Shown piece after piece: positions 20,258 to 30,814 of a DNA stretch of 64,000 nucleotides. Location: positions 4,320 through 68,319 of the forward strand of contig VEND01000029.1 in NCBI GenBank assembly GCA_009711765.1. Reading direction: 5' to 3'. Position numbers and translations under genes: made by a program. Every line of letters begins with the position of its first letter. The first letter of the stretch is position 1. This DNA comes from Bacillota bacterium (GTDB taxonomy: Bacteria > Bacillota > Clostridia > Tissierellales > MES13). The notes under the pieces are model-generated. The model searched no databases and was not told where the DNA came from. It saw only the letters and a list, made by a program, of their open reading frames with translations.

Positions 20258-20815
20258 ATGGGTAAATTTAATTTTATAAAAACTGATATTAAGGATTTAT
20301 ATATAATAGAGCCTACTGCATTTGGTGATAGTAGAGGTTATTTCATGGAAACATATAATTATAATGATTTTAAAAATGCAGGATTAGATATGGATTTTGT
20401 ACAAGATAATCAATCAAAATCAAAAAAAGGTGTCTTAAGAGGGTTACACTTTCAATATAAACATCCCCAAGGGAAACTTGTAAGGGTTCTAAAGGGGGAA
20501 GTATTTGATGTAGCAGTAGATTTAAGAAAAAGTTCAAATACATATGGACAGTGGTATGGAGTAATATTGACAGAGGAAAATAAAAAGCAATTTTATATAC
20601 CAGAGGGATTTGCCCATGGTTTTTTAGTACTTTCTGAAGAGGCTGAATTTGCTTATAAGTGTACTGATTTTTATCATCCTGAAGATGAGGGTGGTATAAT
20701 GTGGAATGATCCAGATATAGGAATAGAATGGCCAATAGAAAACATTGGACAAGTTAATTTATCAGAAAAGGATAAGAAATGGGAAACATTAAAGGAAATA
20801 TCAACAGACTTTTAA
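20258..20815 (+). CDS. rfbC: dTDP-4-dehydrorhamnose 3,5-epimerase
   Basis: GDSRGYF, LRGLHFQ and GFAHGF motifs. Confidence 0.97.
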   Translation: MGKFNFIKTDIKDLYIIEPTAFGDSRGYFMETYNYNDFKNAGLDMDFVQDNQSKSKKGVLRGLHFQYKHPQGKLVRVLKGEVFDVAVDLRKSSNTYGQWYGVILTEENKKQFYIPEGFAHGFLVLSEEAEFAYKCTDFYHPEDEGGIMWNDPDIGIEWPIENIGQVNLSEKDKKWETLKEISTDF

Positions 20816-20863
20816 TATGAAAATATATAGCACATTTAAAAATTACTTAGTTGGAGGGAAGAT

Positions 20864-21925
20864 ATGAAGAAGTTATTGATTACAGGTGGCGCAGGTTTTA
20901 TTGGAAGTAATTTTATTAAATATATGCTTAATAAATATAAGGATTATAAAATAGTTAATTTAGACTTATTAACATATGCAGGGAGTCTTGAAAATTTAAA
21001 GGATGTAGAAGATAATGATAATTATATATTTCAAAAAGGAGATATAGCAGATAGAGAATTATTAAAAGAATTATTTTATGAGTATAAATTTGATTATGTA
21101 ATAAACTTTGCAGCAGAATCCCATGTGGATAGAAGTATAGAAGAACCAGAAGTTTTCTTAAGAACAAATATAATGGGAACTCAAGCTTTATTAGATACAG
21201 CTAAGAATCATTGGATGACAGGAAAAGATGAAAAAGGGTATCCAACTTATAGAGATGGAGTGAAGTACTTTCAAGTATCAACGGATGAAGTATATGGAGC
21301 ATTAGGAAAAACAGGGATGTTTACAGAAAAAACTCCCCTTGCACCTAATAGTCCATATTCTGCAAGTAAAACAAGTGCTGATTTAATAGTTAGATCATAT
21401 AATAAGACATTTAAAATACCAACAAATATAACTAGATGCTCAAATAACTATGGACCATATCAGTTCCCAGAAAAACTTATACCACTTATGATAGCAAATA
21501 CTTTAGAGGAAAAAGACTTACCTGTATATGGAGATGGTATGCAAATAAGGGATTGGCTACATGTGAATGATCACTGTAGTGCAATAGATACTGTACTTCA
21601 TAAAGGGAAAATAGGTGAAGTATATAATATAGGTGGAAATAATGAAAAAGCTAATATAGAGATAGTAAAGCTAATAATAGAAAAACTAGAAAAAACAGAA
21701 GACTTAATAACATATGTGAAAGATAGATTAGGACATGATAGAAGATATGCTATAGATAATACAAAAATAACAACAGAATTAGGTTGGGAACCTATCTACA
21801 CATTCGAACAAGGTATGGAAGAAACAATAAAGTGGTACTTGGATAATAAAGACTGGTGGGAAAAGATTAGAAGTGGAGAATATATGGATTATTATGAAAA
21901 AATATATGGAGAGAGAATCGATTAA
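20864..21925 (+). CDS. rfbB: dTDP-glucose 4,6-dehydratase
   Basis: TGGAGFIG, AESHVDRSI, STDEVYG, YSASK and GHDRRY motifs. Confidence 0.97.
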   Translation: MKKLLITGGAGFIGSNFIKYMLNKYKDYKIVNLDLLTYAGSLENLKDVEDNDNYIFQKGDIADRELLKELFYEYKFDYVINFAAESHVDRSIEEPEVFLRTNIMGTQALLDTAKNHWMTGKDEKGYPTYRDGVKYFQVSTDEVYGALGKTGMFTEKTPLAPNSPYSASKTSADLIVRSYNKTFKIPTNITRCSNNYGPYQFPEKLIPLMIANTLEEKDLPVYGDGMQIRDWLHVNDHCSAIDTVLHKGKIGEVYNIGGNNEKANIEIVKLIIEKLEKTEDLITYVKDRLGHDRRYAIDNTKITTELGWEPIYTFEQGMEETIKWYLDNKDWWEKIRSGEYMDYYEKIYGERID

Positions 21926-22010
21926 GTAAATTATAGATATTAGGAGAATTTAACACACCTTAAAACACTAGATTATTTATGCAAAAGAACCAACGAAGGA
22001 GATAGTTAAA

Positions 22011-22814
22011 ATGTTCAAAGCTGTTAAATATGTTATGAAGGAACATAAAAGTAATTTTAAAAATATTATCAAACTTTCTATAGCTCATATTAATAATGAG
22101 ACAATTAGAACAAGCTTAGGGTTTTGGTGGCTTATTATCCATGATCTTATATATTTTATTGTATTTACTTTCTTTAGAACTTTAATGTCAGGAGATTCTC
22201 AAATAGATGGAATGCATAGAGTTATTTATTTACTTACAGGATTAATCCCTTGGTTTTTTATGAGTGAAGTACTTAATAAGGGATCAAATTCAATTTTAAA
22301 AAGTAAAGGGATAGTAAATAGCATAAAATTTCCAATTACGACATTACCTACTATTGAAGTAATATCAATTTTTATAAAGAGAAGTTTTACTTTCATTATA
22401 GTTTTTTTTGTGTGTGTATTTTTTGGTTATGTATCAAATTTTTCAATTATACTTTTTGTTTATTATTTTGTAGCAATGTTTATGCTTATGTTTTCTTTAA
22501 ATTTAATTATTTCAGCCTTAATAGCTATTTCAAGTGATTTCACTCAGCTTTACAGGTCTATAACTCGAGTTTTGATGTTTTCATTGCCAATTCTCTGGAG
22601 TTTTGAAATGGCTAAAGGATATAGATTTATTTCTATACTCTTAAAGATGAATCCTATGGTCTATATTATTTTGGGTTTTAGAAGTGCATTTATTTACGGA
22701 CATTTACCAAATTTAAATTATTCAATTTACTTTTGGGCATTTGTAATAATTGTGTTTAACTTAGGGTGTTATGTACAATATAAACTGAGAAAATATTATT
22801 CTGATTTTATGTAA
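22011..22814 (+). CDS. wzm: ABC-2 polysaccharide export permease (Wzm/TagG-like)
   Basis: TSLGFWW, GLIPWFF and NPM motifs; six TMs. Confidence 0.85.
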   Translation: MFKAVKYVMKEHKSNFKNIIKLSIAHINNETIRTSLGFWWLIIHDLIYFIVFTFFRTLMSGDSQIDGMHRVIYLLTGLIPWFFMSEVLNKGSNSILKSKGIVNSIKFPITTLPTIEVISIFIKRSFTFIIVFFVCVFFGYVSNFSIILFVYYFVAMFMLMFSLNLIISALIAISSDFTQLYRSITRVLMFSLPILWSFEMAKGYRFISILLKMNPMVYIILGFRSAFIYGHLPNLNYSIYFWAFVIIVFNLGCYVQYKLRKYYSDFM

Positions 22815-22829
22815 TATGTGAGGTGCATT

Positions 22830-23591
22830 ATGAGTTATGCAATCAAAGTAAAAAATTTAAAAAAATATTTTTGGCTTTTTGAAAAAGACTATAAAATTTT
22901 TGCTTGGCTATTTACTAAAAAGGGCCATAGTGGAGTGAAAAAAGCTATTGATGATGTTTCTTTTGTTGTTAAGCCTGGAGAAGTTGTTGGCTTGATAGGT
23001 TCGAATGGAGCAGGCAAGTCTACTCTGATGAGAGTAGTTAGTGGGATTACGTTGCCTACAGAGGGTGATATAAGGGTTAATGGGAAAGTAGGAAGTTTTA
23101 TAAATTTATCAGCAGGGTTTAATGTAGAATATACAGGAAGGCAAAATTTATATTATAAAGGGACATTAATGGGAATGTCTAAGAAAGAATTAGATAATAA
23201 AATTGATGAAATTATTGACTTTATAGATATCGGAAACTATATAGATATGCCTGTTAGGACATATTCATCTGGTATGGCAGCTAGACTAGGGTTTGCTTTA
23301 GCTATTTTTTCGGATCCAGATGTATTAGTTATTGATGAAGTCTTTGCAGTAGGAGATCAAGATTTTAGAAAAAAATCAGCAGAAAAATCAAAAGAGTTAT
23401 TTTTAGCTGGAAAATCGATATTATTTTCATCACATACAGATTCTTTAATTAGAGAATTTTGCCACAGGGTAATATATTTAAAAGATGGGAATATTGTCTT
23501 TAATGGAGATGTTGAAGAAGGTCTTAAAATGTACAATGAAGATATCAAAAAAAGAAAATTAAAACGACTAAGTAAAGAAAAGAAGGACTAG
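22830..23591 (+). CDS. wzt: Polysaccharide export ABC ATPase (Wzt/TagH-like), no C-terminal carbohydrate-binding domain
   Basis: GSNGAGKST, YSSGM and DEVFAVGD motifs; about 253 aa. Confidence 0.88.
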   Translation: MSYAIKVKNLKKYFWLFEKDYKIFAWLFTKKGHSGVKKAIDDVSFVVKPGEVVGLIGSNGAGKSTLMRVVSGITLPTEGDIRVNGKVGSFINLSAGFNVEYTGRQNLYYKGTLMGMSKKELDNKIDEIIDFIDIGNYIDMPVRTYSSGMAARLGFALAIFSDPDVLVIDEVFAVGDQDFRKKSAEKSKELFLAGKSILFSSHTDSLIREFCHRVIYLKDGNIVFNGDVEEGLKMYNEDIKKRKLKRLSKEKKD

Positions 23592-23605
23592 TGGAGGTGT
23601 GGTGA

Positions 23606-26600
23606 ATGAAGAAAGCAATATTTGTTTTAGGCATGCACAGAAGCGGAACATCTGTCTTGACTGCTGGTATTAATGCACTGGGTGCTAAAGTTATTAATAA
23701 TACTCCAAAAACTGAGGAAAATCCAAAAGGATATTACGAACATGGAGAGGTACAAGCACTTAATGATGAAATTCTAAAGGAGTTTAATACATTTTGGGGG
23801 AATCCTTATTATAAATCTGAAATTGAAGAAGTTTTTGTAGATGAAAAAAAGTTTTCAAGATATTATGATAGAGCTAAAAAAATTATAAATGTTTATAAAA
23901 ATGACGATGTATTTGTCATAAAAGATCCAAGAATGTCAATTCTTTACCCTTTTTGGGAAAAAGTAGTGCGTGAGGTTTTTAGTGCAGAAGTATTTAAAGT
24001 AGTTATATTAAGAAATCCTATGGAAGTTATTAAATCGTTGTTAAAGAGAAACGAATCAAATCCGTTTCTTTCATTAGGACATAATAAAATTCATTATCTT
24101 AAATTATGGACATTATATAATTTTTGGATTATAAAAAATATTGATACTAATAATTATTTTATCACCTTTGACGAATTCGTTAACCATCCTAGAGACACTT
24201 TGGTTAATATAGCTAAAACAGTTTCTGTTAATATTGATGATATTAGAAACATCGATGAGTTTATTAACAATTTTTTAGAAAGAGGATTAAAACATTACAA
24301 CGAAGATATAGATATTCAAATGTTTAAAACAATAAATAATGATTTGACATGGATATATAATTTTTATACAGACCTAAATAAGATAGCAAATAAAACATTA
24401 AATAAGAAAGAAGTATTAACGATAGTAAAGAAATATGATGACATATTTGAAGATTTGTTTAAAGATTTAAATGGGGTAAGTGGTTTATTAAGTCACTATT
24501 ATTACCTATTGCAAGATATTAAAACTAAATTTGATGCAGGCCATGGGGAAAGTCAGATGAATAGTGATAACATAAATATAGAACAGTTATATATTGACTT
24601 TGGAGAAGGTTATTCAGAAGAAAATAGCATAGTTAATAAACTAAATGTGAATCAGTCCAAATTTACTAATTCATGTGAATTTACAATTAATCATAAAGTT
24701 AGTGATATTACAGGAATTAGATATGATCCTCTTGACGAAAAGTGTATACTAAAACTTAAAAATATAAAAATATTGACAAATAAAGAAGCATATTCTGTTG
24801 GGGTAGATTCAACGAATGCAAATTATAATTATAGCAATGTATACCTTTTTTTAGGTGATAATCCATCTATTATTTTAAATTTAGATGGTATTTTAGAAGA
24901 TGAAGTTATAGATAAAGTTATAATCAATGTAGAATTTTTAGATACTGATGAACTTATATCCGATATAGAATCTTCAATTGCAATAATAATTTATGAGATT
25001 AAGAGTATAAATAACAAGTTTAGTGGACTAAATGAGATAAAGCCAATGATTGAAAAATTTCAAATTGACAATTTAGTTAATGATAAGAATTTAGAAAGTA
25101 AGATTGATAAATTAAGTGATGCAACTGATAATATTGCACTAGCAATAGAAAGTGGAAGCTCACAGAATACAGAGTTGTCTGAAAGAATCAGATTAATTAA
25201 TAATTATGTTGAAGAAATAAGAAATAATATAGAAACTTCAAACAAAAAAATAGTGAGTAAAGTAGATATGTTGCAAGCAGCCAATTATGGAATGTATGAT
25301 AATTTTAATGAGTTAAGTAACCTTTATGATGAAACAGTTTCATATTTAGAAAATAAAAAAACACAGGATAGAGAACTTATTAATGAATTTAAATCGTTGA
25401 ATAGTATTGTTAATGAAATAAAACTTAACATAACAACTGGAAATGAAAAACTAAATAAGAAGATAGATATTTTGGAATTTAAAAGCAATAGTTTTTATGA
25501 AAAAATTAATGAGTTGAATAATACAATTAACAATATTGCTGCATCTAATGTGTGGAAGTTATTTAAGCCCAAATTGCTTATGAAAAGTATAGTATTATAT
25601 AAGAAGATTTACCGAACAATAAAAAAAGCTAATGTTTTTGATGAAGAATATTACTTAAAAAATAACGAAGATATTAGTAAAACCAATATAGATCCTTTGG
25701 AACATTATATAAAACATGGCGCTAAAGAGTTACGAAATCCTAGTACAGATTTTGATACTAGCTACTATATCAAAAACAATCCAGATGTTAAGGAAAGTGG
25801 TATAAACCCTCTATTTCATTATATTGTATTTGGATATAAGGAAGGGAGATTACCATCTAAAGAAGCAAACAGATATGATGAATGGATAAAACTTCATAGG
25901 AGACCAAAATGGTATAATTTATATAGACAAATAGAGAATGCGAAGATAGCATATCATATATTTAAGAGTAAACAGTTTGATAATGCATGGTATTTCAATA
26001 AGCATCCTGATTTAAATGACAAAATTTTAAAATCAGTATTTTGGAAATATCGCAATTCCAAAATAAAATTACTTAGACTTTTTGGTAAAGCACTAACTAG
26101 TCCTATATTACATTATGTTTGGCAAGGTGTATATTTAGGATATGAGCCTAGTCCTACGTTCAATACAGATGTTTATCTTAATGAACATGCCTCAAAGAAT
26201 TTTGATATCGTGAATCCGTTCTACGATTATATATTAAGTCAGCATAATAAAACTGAAGAAATATTAGAAACAAATACTAATAAAGAAATTTCTAAAAACT
26301 TAGATTCTATAAGTGATACTAAATTAATAGAGATTCTCAGGGAAAGTCCAGAATTTGACGCTAAGTGGTATTTAAATGAAAATAAAGATGTAGCAAATGC
26401 TGGTATAGATCCTGTTGAACACTTTTATTACAATGGATGGAAAGAAGGCCGTAATCCAAATAAAGATTTCAATTTAAATGAGTATAGAAAGCAAGTACCT
26501 GAATTTACAGACGAAAACCTAAATCCATTCATGCACTATTTATTAGTATGGAAAAAACAATATGGACAGTTTATTAGTAAGAATGATATATGGAAAAAAA

Positions 26601-28489
26601 TTATCTTTAATAAAAATAGTGATATAAAAGTGAATGACAGAATTGATATTATAGTTGTTGTTTCAGACTCACAGAAGAATGTTGTAAAGCTAATAGATGA
26701 TATTGATTCTTATTCAGATGTACCATATAGACTTATTATTGTGGATGATTGCATAAAGGATATAGAAGTAAAACAACAAATAGAGGTTTATTGTGCTACG
26801 CAAGAAAATACTGTATATCTTAGGAATGATATTAAAATAGGAAAAGAGAATAGTATTAATAAGGCTATTCAATTATTTGGATTAGAAAATCATAAGGTAA
26901 TAATACATTCAAATATAGAATTGTATGAAAACTTCTTATCAGGAATTTTGAAACAAATTATAAAAGAACCAAATAAAGTATCTAGTGTTAGACCTATGTC
27001 TAATACAATTCAAGAAGTTTTAAGTACTAAGTATTGTGATAATATAAGTAAGAGAAACGAAAAAAAACAAAATATGTATAGAATACTAGAAGCTAATAAT
27101 ATAAATTTAGGTAGCTTTAGCGAAGGTCTTATAGCTATCAATAAGTCTATATTACAAAAGAATGGATTACCAGGTTTCATTAGCATAACAAACAAAGAGA
27201 ATAGTTGGTTTACTAAAGCATCCAATATGGGATATGAGAATCGATTGGCAACGGATGTGTTTATTAAGTTAAAGGATAAAGCAAATAATGATTTATTGTT
27301 TTTAGACAAAAGAGCAAATATAGATTTTGATACTCAGAACAGTTTAGCTTCGCAGACAATATACACTAATTACTGTAAAATTATGGACAATCTAAGTGAT
27401 GAGGACTTATATTCAGAGAGATTCTTAATAATAAATAGTGTCCAAGGTGGCGGGAGTAAAGCATATATTAAAAGAAAAATACAAAGTTTAAACAAGTCAA
27501 AAAAGCAAATTCTACTATGGGACCCAAATACATTTAAAGCAGAATTTGTAGATGCCCAAGGGGAACCTTTAGCTGGATTTACTGTTAGTTTAGATTTATT
27601 TAATGACTTAGTCCAAACCTATAAGCCAACAGAGGTTATTATTTCGTCTATTGTTTTTTGTTATAATTTCCAAAGGACTGTATCTACAATAATTGAAGCT
27701 TTTAATGAATATAAGACTGAATTAACATATTTGGTTCATGATTATTATTGTGTTTGTCCTTCATTTAACTTGTTAGACTATAAAAATAGTTTTTGTGGTT
27801 TAAAAAATTTAGATAAGTGTAAAAAATGCTTAAAGTCAAATACAAATAAGGCTATTGAATATAATGATATAGATAGCTGGAGATTGACATGGGAAAATCT
27901 TCTTGACAAGTGTGATAATATTCAAGTTTTTTCTAACTCATCAAGAGACTTAATGGAAATTGTATATCCAAAAGTAAGCAATAAAATTCAAATTAGACCT
28001 CATGATGTTAGTTATTGTAAAAATTTAAGAGTACCAAATATATCAGATCCACAGTCTAATTTGCATATTGGTTTTGTTGGAGATATTACAATTTCAAAAG
28101 GATTAGAAAAAATAAATGAATTTTCTAAATTGGATACAGAGGTTTCTTTAACTGTAATAGGAAGAGTGGCTCAGCCAGTAATAAGTAAGGTAAATATAAC
28201 TGGAAGGTATTCATTAAATGATCTTCCAGCTATTATAGAAGATTCTCAAGCAAATGTCTTTTTTATATCCTCTATCTGGCCTGAAACATTCTGTTATGTA
28301 GCAGATGAGCTTATGCAAATGAAACTACCGATTGTATGTTATAATTTAGGAGCTCAAGCAGATAAAATCAGAAAATATAAATTTGGTTATGTGTTAGATA
28401 TTGACATGCCTTTTAATGAACAAATAAGTAGCATTAATGAATGGCGTAAAAATAAACTACAAGATGTTTGGAAGGAGCGGACAAAATGA
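23606..28489 (+). CDS. Multidomain protein: sulfotransferase + coiled coil + FD..Y..NPDV repeats + degenerate GT2 + GT4-like glycosyltransferase
   Basis: N-terminal LGMHRSGTS, KDPR and RNP (PAPS-binding fold); heptad-rich region; repeats; VDD GT2 segment; HDYY..CP, SIWPETFCY and GAQAD GT-B motifs. Confidence 0.75.
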   Translation: MKKAIFVLGMHRSGTSVLTAGINALGAKVINNTPKTEENPKGYYEHGEVQALNDEILKEFNTFWGNPYYKSEIEEVFVDEKKFSRYYDRAKKIINVYKNDDVFVIKDPRMSILYPFWEKVVREVFSAEVFKVVILRNPMEVIKSLLKRNESNPFLSLGHNKIHYLKLWTLYNFWIIKNIDTNNYFITFDEFVNHPRDTLVNIAKTVSVNIDDIRNIDEFINNFLERGLKHYNEDIDIQMFKTINNDLTWIYNFYTDLNKIANKTLNKKEVLTIVKKYDDIFEDLFKDLNGVSGLLSHYYYLLQDIKTKFDAGHGESQMNSDNINIEQLYIDFGEGYSEENSIVNKLNVNQSKFTNSCEFTINHKVSDITGIRYDPLDEKCILKLKNIKILTNKEAYSVGVDSTNANYNYSNVYLFLGDNPSIILNLDGILEDEVIDKVIINVEFLDTDELISDIESSIAIIIYEIKSINNKFSGLNEIKPMIEKFQIDNLVNDKNLESKIDKLSDATDNIALAIESGSSQNTELSERIRLINNYVEEIRNNIETSNKKIVSKVDMLQAANYGMYDNFNELSNLYDETVSYLENKKTQDRELINEFKSLNSIVNEIKLNITTGNEKLNKKIDILEFKSNSFYEKINELNNTINNIAASNVWKLFKPKLLMKSIVLYKKIYRTIKKANVFDEEYYLKNNEDISKTNIDPLEHYIKHGAKELRNPSTDFDTSYYIKNNPDVKESGINPLFHYIVFGYKEGRLPSKEANRYDEWIKLHRRPKWYNLYRQIENAKIAYHIFKSKQFDNAWYFNKHPDLNDKILKSVFWKYRNSKIKLLRLFGKALTSPILHYVWQGVYLGYEPSPTFNTDVYLNEHASKNFDIVNPFYDYILSQHNKTEEILETNTNKEISKNLDSISDTKLIEILRESPEFDAKWYLNENKDVANAGIDPVEHFYYNGWKEGRNPNKDFNLNEYRKQVPEFTDENLNPFMHYLLVWKKQYGQFISKNDIWKKIIFNKNSDIKVNDRIDIIVVVSDSQKNVVKLIDDIDSYSDVPYRLIIVDDCIKDIEVKQQIEVYCATQENTVYLRNDIKIGKENSINKAIQLFGLENHKVIIHSNIELYENFLSGILKQIIKEPNKVSSVRPMSNTIQEVLSTKYCDNISKRNEKKQNMYRILEANNINLGSFSEGLIAINKSILQKNGLPGFISITNKENSWFTKASNMGYENRLATDVFIKLKDKANNDLLFLDKRANIDFDTQNSLASQTIYTNYCKIMDNLSDEDLYSERFLIINSVQGGGSKAYIKRKIQSLNKSKKQILLWDPNTFKAEFVDAQGEPLAGFTVSLDLFNDLVQTYKPTEVIISSIVFCYNFQRTVSTIIEAFNEYKTELTYLVHDYYCVCPSFNLLDYKNSFCGLKNLDKCKKCLKSNTNKAIEYNDIDSWRLTWENLLDKCDNIQVFSNSSRDLMEIVYPKVSNKIQIRPHDVSYCKNLRVPNISDPQSNLHIGFVGDITISKGLEKINEFSKLDTEVSLTVIGRVAQPVISKVNITGRYSLNDLPAIIEDSQANVFFISSIWPETFCYVADELMQMKLPIVCYNLGAQADKIRKYKFGYVLDIDMPFNEQISSINEWRKNKLQDVWKERTK
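25637..26545 (+). repeat. Protein-level tandem repeats FD(x)xYxxxNxDV..(G)xxPxxHY..G.kEGR.P (about 6 units)
   Basis: FDEEYYLKNNEDI..DPLEHY; FDTSYYIKNNPDV..NPLFHY; FDNAWYFNKHPDL; FNTDVYL..NPFYDY; FDAKWYLNENKDV..DPVEHF; FNLNEY..NPFMHY. Confidence 0.75.
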
Positions 28490-29553
28490 TAAGAGTATAT
28501 ACATCAATAACGAAAAGTTATATACCTAAAGCAAGAGTATTAGCAAAGAGTTTAAAAAGATTTCATCCTGATTGGGAATTCAATGTTGTATTTTCAGATA
28601 CTTTACCACTAAGTTTTGATTTAACGAAGGAACCCTTTGATAGTGTTACTTTAATAGATGAATTTGAAATACCGGATAAAGAGCAATGGATTTTTAAACA
28701 CTCAATAGTTGAGCTGTGTACTGCTGTTAAAGGCTTTATGGGAGAAAGATTATGTGCTAGACCAAATACTGATGCAGTTATCTACTTAGATCCTGATATC
28801 ATGATATTTAATTCATTAGAGCCCTTAATAGAAATGTTAGATGAATATGATATCTTGCTTACCCCTCATCTAACTCATAATGAAGGAATTAGTGATAGAA
28901 ATCCTGAGCCTATTGAAAATGAGCTTACAGCTTTAAAGTATGGAGTATATAATCTTGGGTTTTATGCAGTTAAACCGGAAGGCCAGGGATTAGAGTTTGT
29001 TAAATGGTGGTCAAACAGATTACATTTCTTTTGTGATGAAAATTGGAGAGAGGGACTCTTTACTGATCAGAAATGGTGTGACATAGCTCCAGGTCTATTT
29101 AGCAAGCTAGGAATTATTCATGACCCTGGATATAATACTGCTACGTGGAACTTAAAATATCGACCAATTAGCAAAAGAAAAGGTATTTTTTATGCAGGGG
29201 ATAAACCTCTTAGGTTTTATCATTTTACAGGATATGATAGTGGTAAGGGTCTTGTACAATTAAAGAAAGTACCTAGTTACAAAAACGCAAAAAAATTATG
29301 GGATATATATGATAAAGAGTTAAAAGCTAATGGTCATGGCGATGAAGATTTTAACCATTGGCATTATAACTATTTTAATAACGGAGAAAAAATTACTAAA
29401 GAGATGAGGAGGTTGTTTAGAGCTTGGGATATTCAGGACAATTTTAAAAAACCATTTCATACTGAAGGAAATAGTTTTTTTAATTGGTTCTACTCAGATA
29501 ATTATAAGAAAAACAAAGAAAATTATAGTAAATTTCAGCTTAATGACATTTAG
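28486..29553 (+). CDS. Glycosyltransferase (GT-A fold, GT8-like)
   Basis: ELCTAVK, YLDPD, GVYNLGF, DQKW, GYN..WN and FYHFTG motifs. Confidence 0.75.
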   Translation: MIRVYTSITKSYIPKARVLAKSLKRFHPDWEFNVVFSDTLPLSFDLTKEPFDSVTLIDEFEIPDKEQWIFKHSIVELCTAVKGFMGERLCARPNTDAVIYLDPDIMIFNSLEPLIEMLDEYDILLTPHLTHNEGISDRNPEPIENELTALKYGVYNLGFYAVKPEGQGLEFVKWWSNRLHFFCDENWREGLFTDQKWCDIAPGLFSKLGIIHDPGYNTATWNLKYRPISKRKGIFYAGDKPLRFYHFTGYDSGKGLVQLKKVPSYKNAKKLWDIYDKELKANGHGDEDFNHWHYNYFNNGEKITKEMRRLFRAWDIQDNFKKPFHTEGNSFFNWFYSDNYKKNKENYSKFQLNDI

Positions 29554-29606
29554 ATTAGAATTTAAAACTCTTGTAATAAATAATAGAGGAATAAGGAGTT
29601 GGAACA

Positions 29607-30797
29607 TTGAAGACTATATATTTTCATATAGGTTTGCATAAAACTGGAACTACTGCACTACAAACTTTTTTCACAAAAAACAGAAAGAAGTTAGCAAAAT
29701 ATGATATTTTATATCCTAAAAGTGGTCATTATATAAACGGACATCATCTTTTGGTTTGGGCACAAAGGAAAAAACTAAGTGATGCATTAATCAAGGGGTT
29801 TATAGGGAATAGAAAGTTAAACTTCTTTGTACATCAACTGATAGAGGAAATAGATAATATGCCTTGTGATAATATCCTGATTTCTAGTGAAAATTTAGCT
29901 GCTAGACCTTTTATTGAATTATTTAGAGTAATAGATGCTTTAAAACAATATGGTTTTAAAGGTAACATTAAAATAGTTATATATTTAAGACGGCAACATG
30001 AACTATTGTCTTCCTACTATTCGCAGTATGTAAAACAATCAACTTACTCTGGAAGAATTTCTGAATTTGATGGATATAATAATAAGCTTAACTATGAGAT
30101 ATTATTAAACAAATTAAAAGAAAGATTTGAAAAAAAGAATATCATTGTAAGAGTTTATGAAAAAAAACAGTTTATAAATGGAAATATATTTGATGATTTC
30201 TTAAACTCAGTATTTAATATTAATTTAAGTAATGAATTTATATTGCCTAAAAAAGATCCTAACCCAAGGCTAAATGTAAAAGCTTTAGAGTATAAGCGAC
30301 TTACTAATGAATATTTTCATAATAAGTATATTGATTCATTTTTTGAAACTACATTATTAAAGTACTCAAGACTAGTAGACCCATCAACACATAAAGCTTT
30401 TCAGAAATATGGATTGTTATCGGAAGAGCAAAAAAATAATATATTTAAAAAATATTATAAAAGCAATCAGAATGTTGCTAAAGACTTTTTTGGTAGACAG
30501 AAATTATTTATATCAGAGATAGAAAAAAATTATGACCATAAAATAATGAAAAATTTAAATATTATTGATGTAATAGAAATAAGTAGATTTTTGTTAGAAT
30601 CAAAATTTAAAATAGAAATTACAAATGAAATGTTAGCTGAAATTATAATTAAGTCAACGATGGAATTAATTCTAGAAAAAAACATTACATTCAATGAAGA
30701 TAAATTTGAACAAATAATTATACCTAATGATAAAAGTATCATTAAAACAATAATATCTAATATTATAAAAAAAATAAAATTAATAACAAACTTTTAA
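29607..30797 (+). CDS. Sulfotransferase-like P-loop protein
   Basis: HIGLHKTGTTALQ, ISSE and YLRRQ..SYYSQ motifs. Confidence 0.7.
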   Translation: MKTIYFHIGLHKTGTTALQTFFTKNRKKLAKYDILYPKSGHYINGHHLLVWAQRKKLSDALIKGFIGNRKLNFFVHQLIEEIDNMPCDNILISSENLAARPFIELFRVIDALKQYGFKGNIKIVIYLRRQHELLSSYYSQYVKQSTYSGRISEFDGYNNKLNYEILLNKLKERFEKKNIIVRVYEKKQFINGNIFDDFLNSVFNINLSNEFILPKKDPNPRLNVKALEYKRLTNEYFHNKYIDSFFETTLLKYSRLVDPSTHKAFQKYGLLSEEQKNNIFKKYYKSNQNVAKDFFGRQKLFISEIEKNYDHKIMKNLNIIDVIEISRFLLESKFKIEITNEMLAEIIIKSTMELILEKNITFNEDKFEQIIIPNDKSIIKTIISNIIKKIKLITNF

Positions 30798-30814
30798 TAC
30801 AAGGGGGGCTTAAG

